Below are positions 62,026 through 64,000 of a stretch of DNA of 64,000 bases, in pieces. The stretch's first letter is position 1; each line of letters starts with the position of its first letter. Position numbers and translations under genes: made by a program. Below the pieces are notes generated by a model, which worked only from the letters and a program-made list of their open reading frames with translations, was not told where the DNA came from and made no database searches. Location of the stretch: contig JAHLWZ010000834.1 of assembly GCA_020536535.1 (NCBI GenBank), positions 1 to 64,000 on the forward strand. Reading direction: 5' to 3'. Source of the stretch: Pelomyxa schiedti. Its lineage: Eukaryota; Protista; Evosea.

Positions 62026-63456
62026 ATGATCAGCCCGCGATGGATTTTGATTGTTCTGTGCACGTCGTTCCTCATCTTTTTATCTGTGACTTTGCTAGCC
62101 AGTAGTCTCCTTTCTTTTTTTTTTTTTCCCTTGTTTTTTCCCCACTATCGCGGTTTCGGTTTTGTACTTGATGGATTGATTCTAACACCTGCACGTCACA
62201 TAGGATTGTCAGTCAGCGAGCCGAGTGAGGAATTGACCAAGGTTATTGAGGCATCTGACCAGGAGCAGAGGGATAAAGTTGCACAAATTGCATCACAAAG
62301 TAGTTCTAGGGTAGCGAGTGTAGAATCACAGCAGCAGGGCACGTCGGCGGCACTTCCTCCGGAGAGAGTAAAGATACCTGTGACTGTTGCATTTGTGGCC
62401 ACTAATGGAATGTATCTCAATGGAATTCTGGCTCTTGTAGAAGTGTGTTTCGTTATTCTAACTCCAAATATAACTTTGTGTACAGGGCATACGGGGGTTC
62501 ATACAAGAGGCTCAATTAGTTCTTCTTTGGACCCCAAATGTACCTCCTGAATTTAGGGATATCCTTGCACACTTTGGATTCGACCTTATTCGTAGTTTTC
62601 AAACTTAGTATGCCAACCACTAATACAAAAAAATACAGAACTCCGGAATGCCCCAACTCACAGGAACTGGAAACCGGAAACCAACAAATGGAATGACCTC
62701 CTTGTCAAACTCGAGCTTTGGAACCTGGATCCCATCAAATACCCACGGGTGCTGTATTTCGATGCCGATATCGTTCTGCTCAAGGACCCAATGTGGATTT
62801 TCGATTTACCAGTACCGTGAGTGCACTTACTGGGTTTTTTGTTTCTTACATGGCGGAAGGTTTGCAGCACAAGAAGACGCTCACAACTGCAACCTTCCAA
62901 AAGGTACTACAGTAAGTAGGGTATGCTCTGGTGTAATGCTGTTGCACCCGGACAGGTATTGAACGTTCGATACTCTTTTACTTTTAAAACAAGACAGACA
63001 AGTTTTTTCAGAGATGTGGAACATACTGGAGTTCAGCACAACACCGGTTATAAAAGGTGACCAGGAATTGATTGAGCGTTACTGGTCTGCTGCCATTGGT
63101 CCAGATAAAATCGTCACCCTCAATGAGAGTGACGTCGCATTTGTACACAAGTGCTGTGGGTGCTTTGACAGGGAGATATGGACAGGACAGACTGCAATCC
63201 ACCTAATATCTGGGAGTAGTGGGTAGGTCCTCTTTCTTTCATGTACAGGAACTTACTGAATACCAGATGGTTTGACCGGGCAGCTTTTGTTGGTTCCGAG
63301 GCAGCCGAGTGTGATTGTCAGAGGGGATGGTTTGATGTGTGGCAGAAGTTGTACGTTTCAGCTTTGAGGAAGCTTCAAGGAAGGTTTTCTGGGCTAGATA
63401 TCAGCACACAGAATTACGCCCTTACCACTTTGCCTGGCTTTGGTTCCCAAATATGA
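62026..63456 (+). CDS. Type II membrane glycosyltransferase, family GT8
   Basis: N-terminal TM; YLNGILAL, KLELWNL..YPRVLYFDADIVLL (DxD), SGVMLLHP, GDQELI. Confidence 0.85.
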
Positions 63457-63525
63457 TGCTACCACACAGTTCTTGAAGAGCATTTTATGTTCCAGCTGTA
63501 ACAACAAAGAGTTTTTTTGTTTTAC

Positions 63526-64000
63526 TTAGAAGAAAAATGTTGTTTGTGGCATAACAATTCCAGCCAACCCATCTGCTGTGACATCAACCCCCTTGTAGCC
63601 AGAACCAACATGCACCAGATAGACTTTATGCCGGTGCTCAGTTGAAATTGTTGCTAGCAGAGTTTTGTAGGCCAGATGAACATCAGAAGGGGAAACAGGG
63701 CCAAAGTGGCAATCCTGAAACACAAAAGTTGAATCTGCCAAATCCTGAGGTGGTGGTGGTGAGGTAGTGTCTCCACTGTAATAAATGAGTTTGTTTGGTG
63801 ATTGAGTGCGTATTCTTATGCCAAAGTTGGGCATGCCGGGAACGTGCTGTTGTTCAAATAACTCTATCTCCGGGAATCCAGGAATGTGTACACGTGGGCC
63901 TACAACAAGATTGAAGTAGGTGTCAATTGTAGCAGAGCAAGGACAGCCAGAGTCGTCAATGTAGCGTGACATTCCTCCACTGAGGGAATTCCACAGTGAT
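63526..64000 (-). CDS. MBL-fold metallo-hydrolase, C-terminal part (gene continues beyond window)
   Basis: QHVPG, IYYSGDT, FQDC, VH, VYLVH motifs. Confidence 0.75.
   Translation of the reverse strand, partial: SLWNSLSGGMSRYIDDSGCPCSATIDTYFNLVVGPRVHIPGFPEIELFEQQHVPGMPNFGIRIRTQSPNKLIYYSGDTTSPPPPQDLADSTFVFQDCHFGPVSPSDVHLAYKTLLATISTEHRHKVYLVHVGSGYKGVDVTADGLAGIVMPQTTFFF

Overview
Gene-dense, intron-rich eukaryotic DNA. It is most likely an amoebozoan of the archamoeba/Pelomyxa type; this is inferred from an Entamoeba-type transmembrane kinase, an amoeba-type GH25 lysozyme, a cAMP-receptor-like GPCR and a PINK1-like kinase-Sel1 gene. I manually spliced about 27 protein-coding genes. Introns are mostly ~40-55 nt with weak splice consensus, and four need GC donors. 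Housekeeping genes: eIF3b, importin-5, transketolase, eL30, adenylosuccinate synthetase, RNase Z, KxDL protein. Unusual architectures: (i) a receptor kinase whose 11 plant-type LRRs each sit on an exactly 72-nt, phase-symmetric exon; (ii) an Arb2/FAM172A domain fused to a RING E3, with a decayed inverted copy 23 kb away; (iii) ankyrin-F-box-Rab1-like GTPase-CaaX; (iv) an Ig-like domain fused to an OSCA/TMEM63 channel; (v) a head-to-head pair of membrane-anchored PLP C-S-lyase-like enzymes; (vi) a C2-CRIB-VCA WASP-like protein; (vii) an actin lacking Q137, H73 and part of the D-loop. There is also a LINE relic and two 100-N scaffold gaps with duplicated 121-bp flanks. Gene spans run start codon to stop codon including introns. 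Exon models are by eye and untested.
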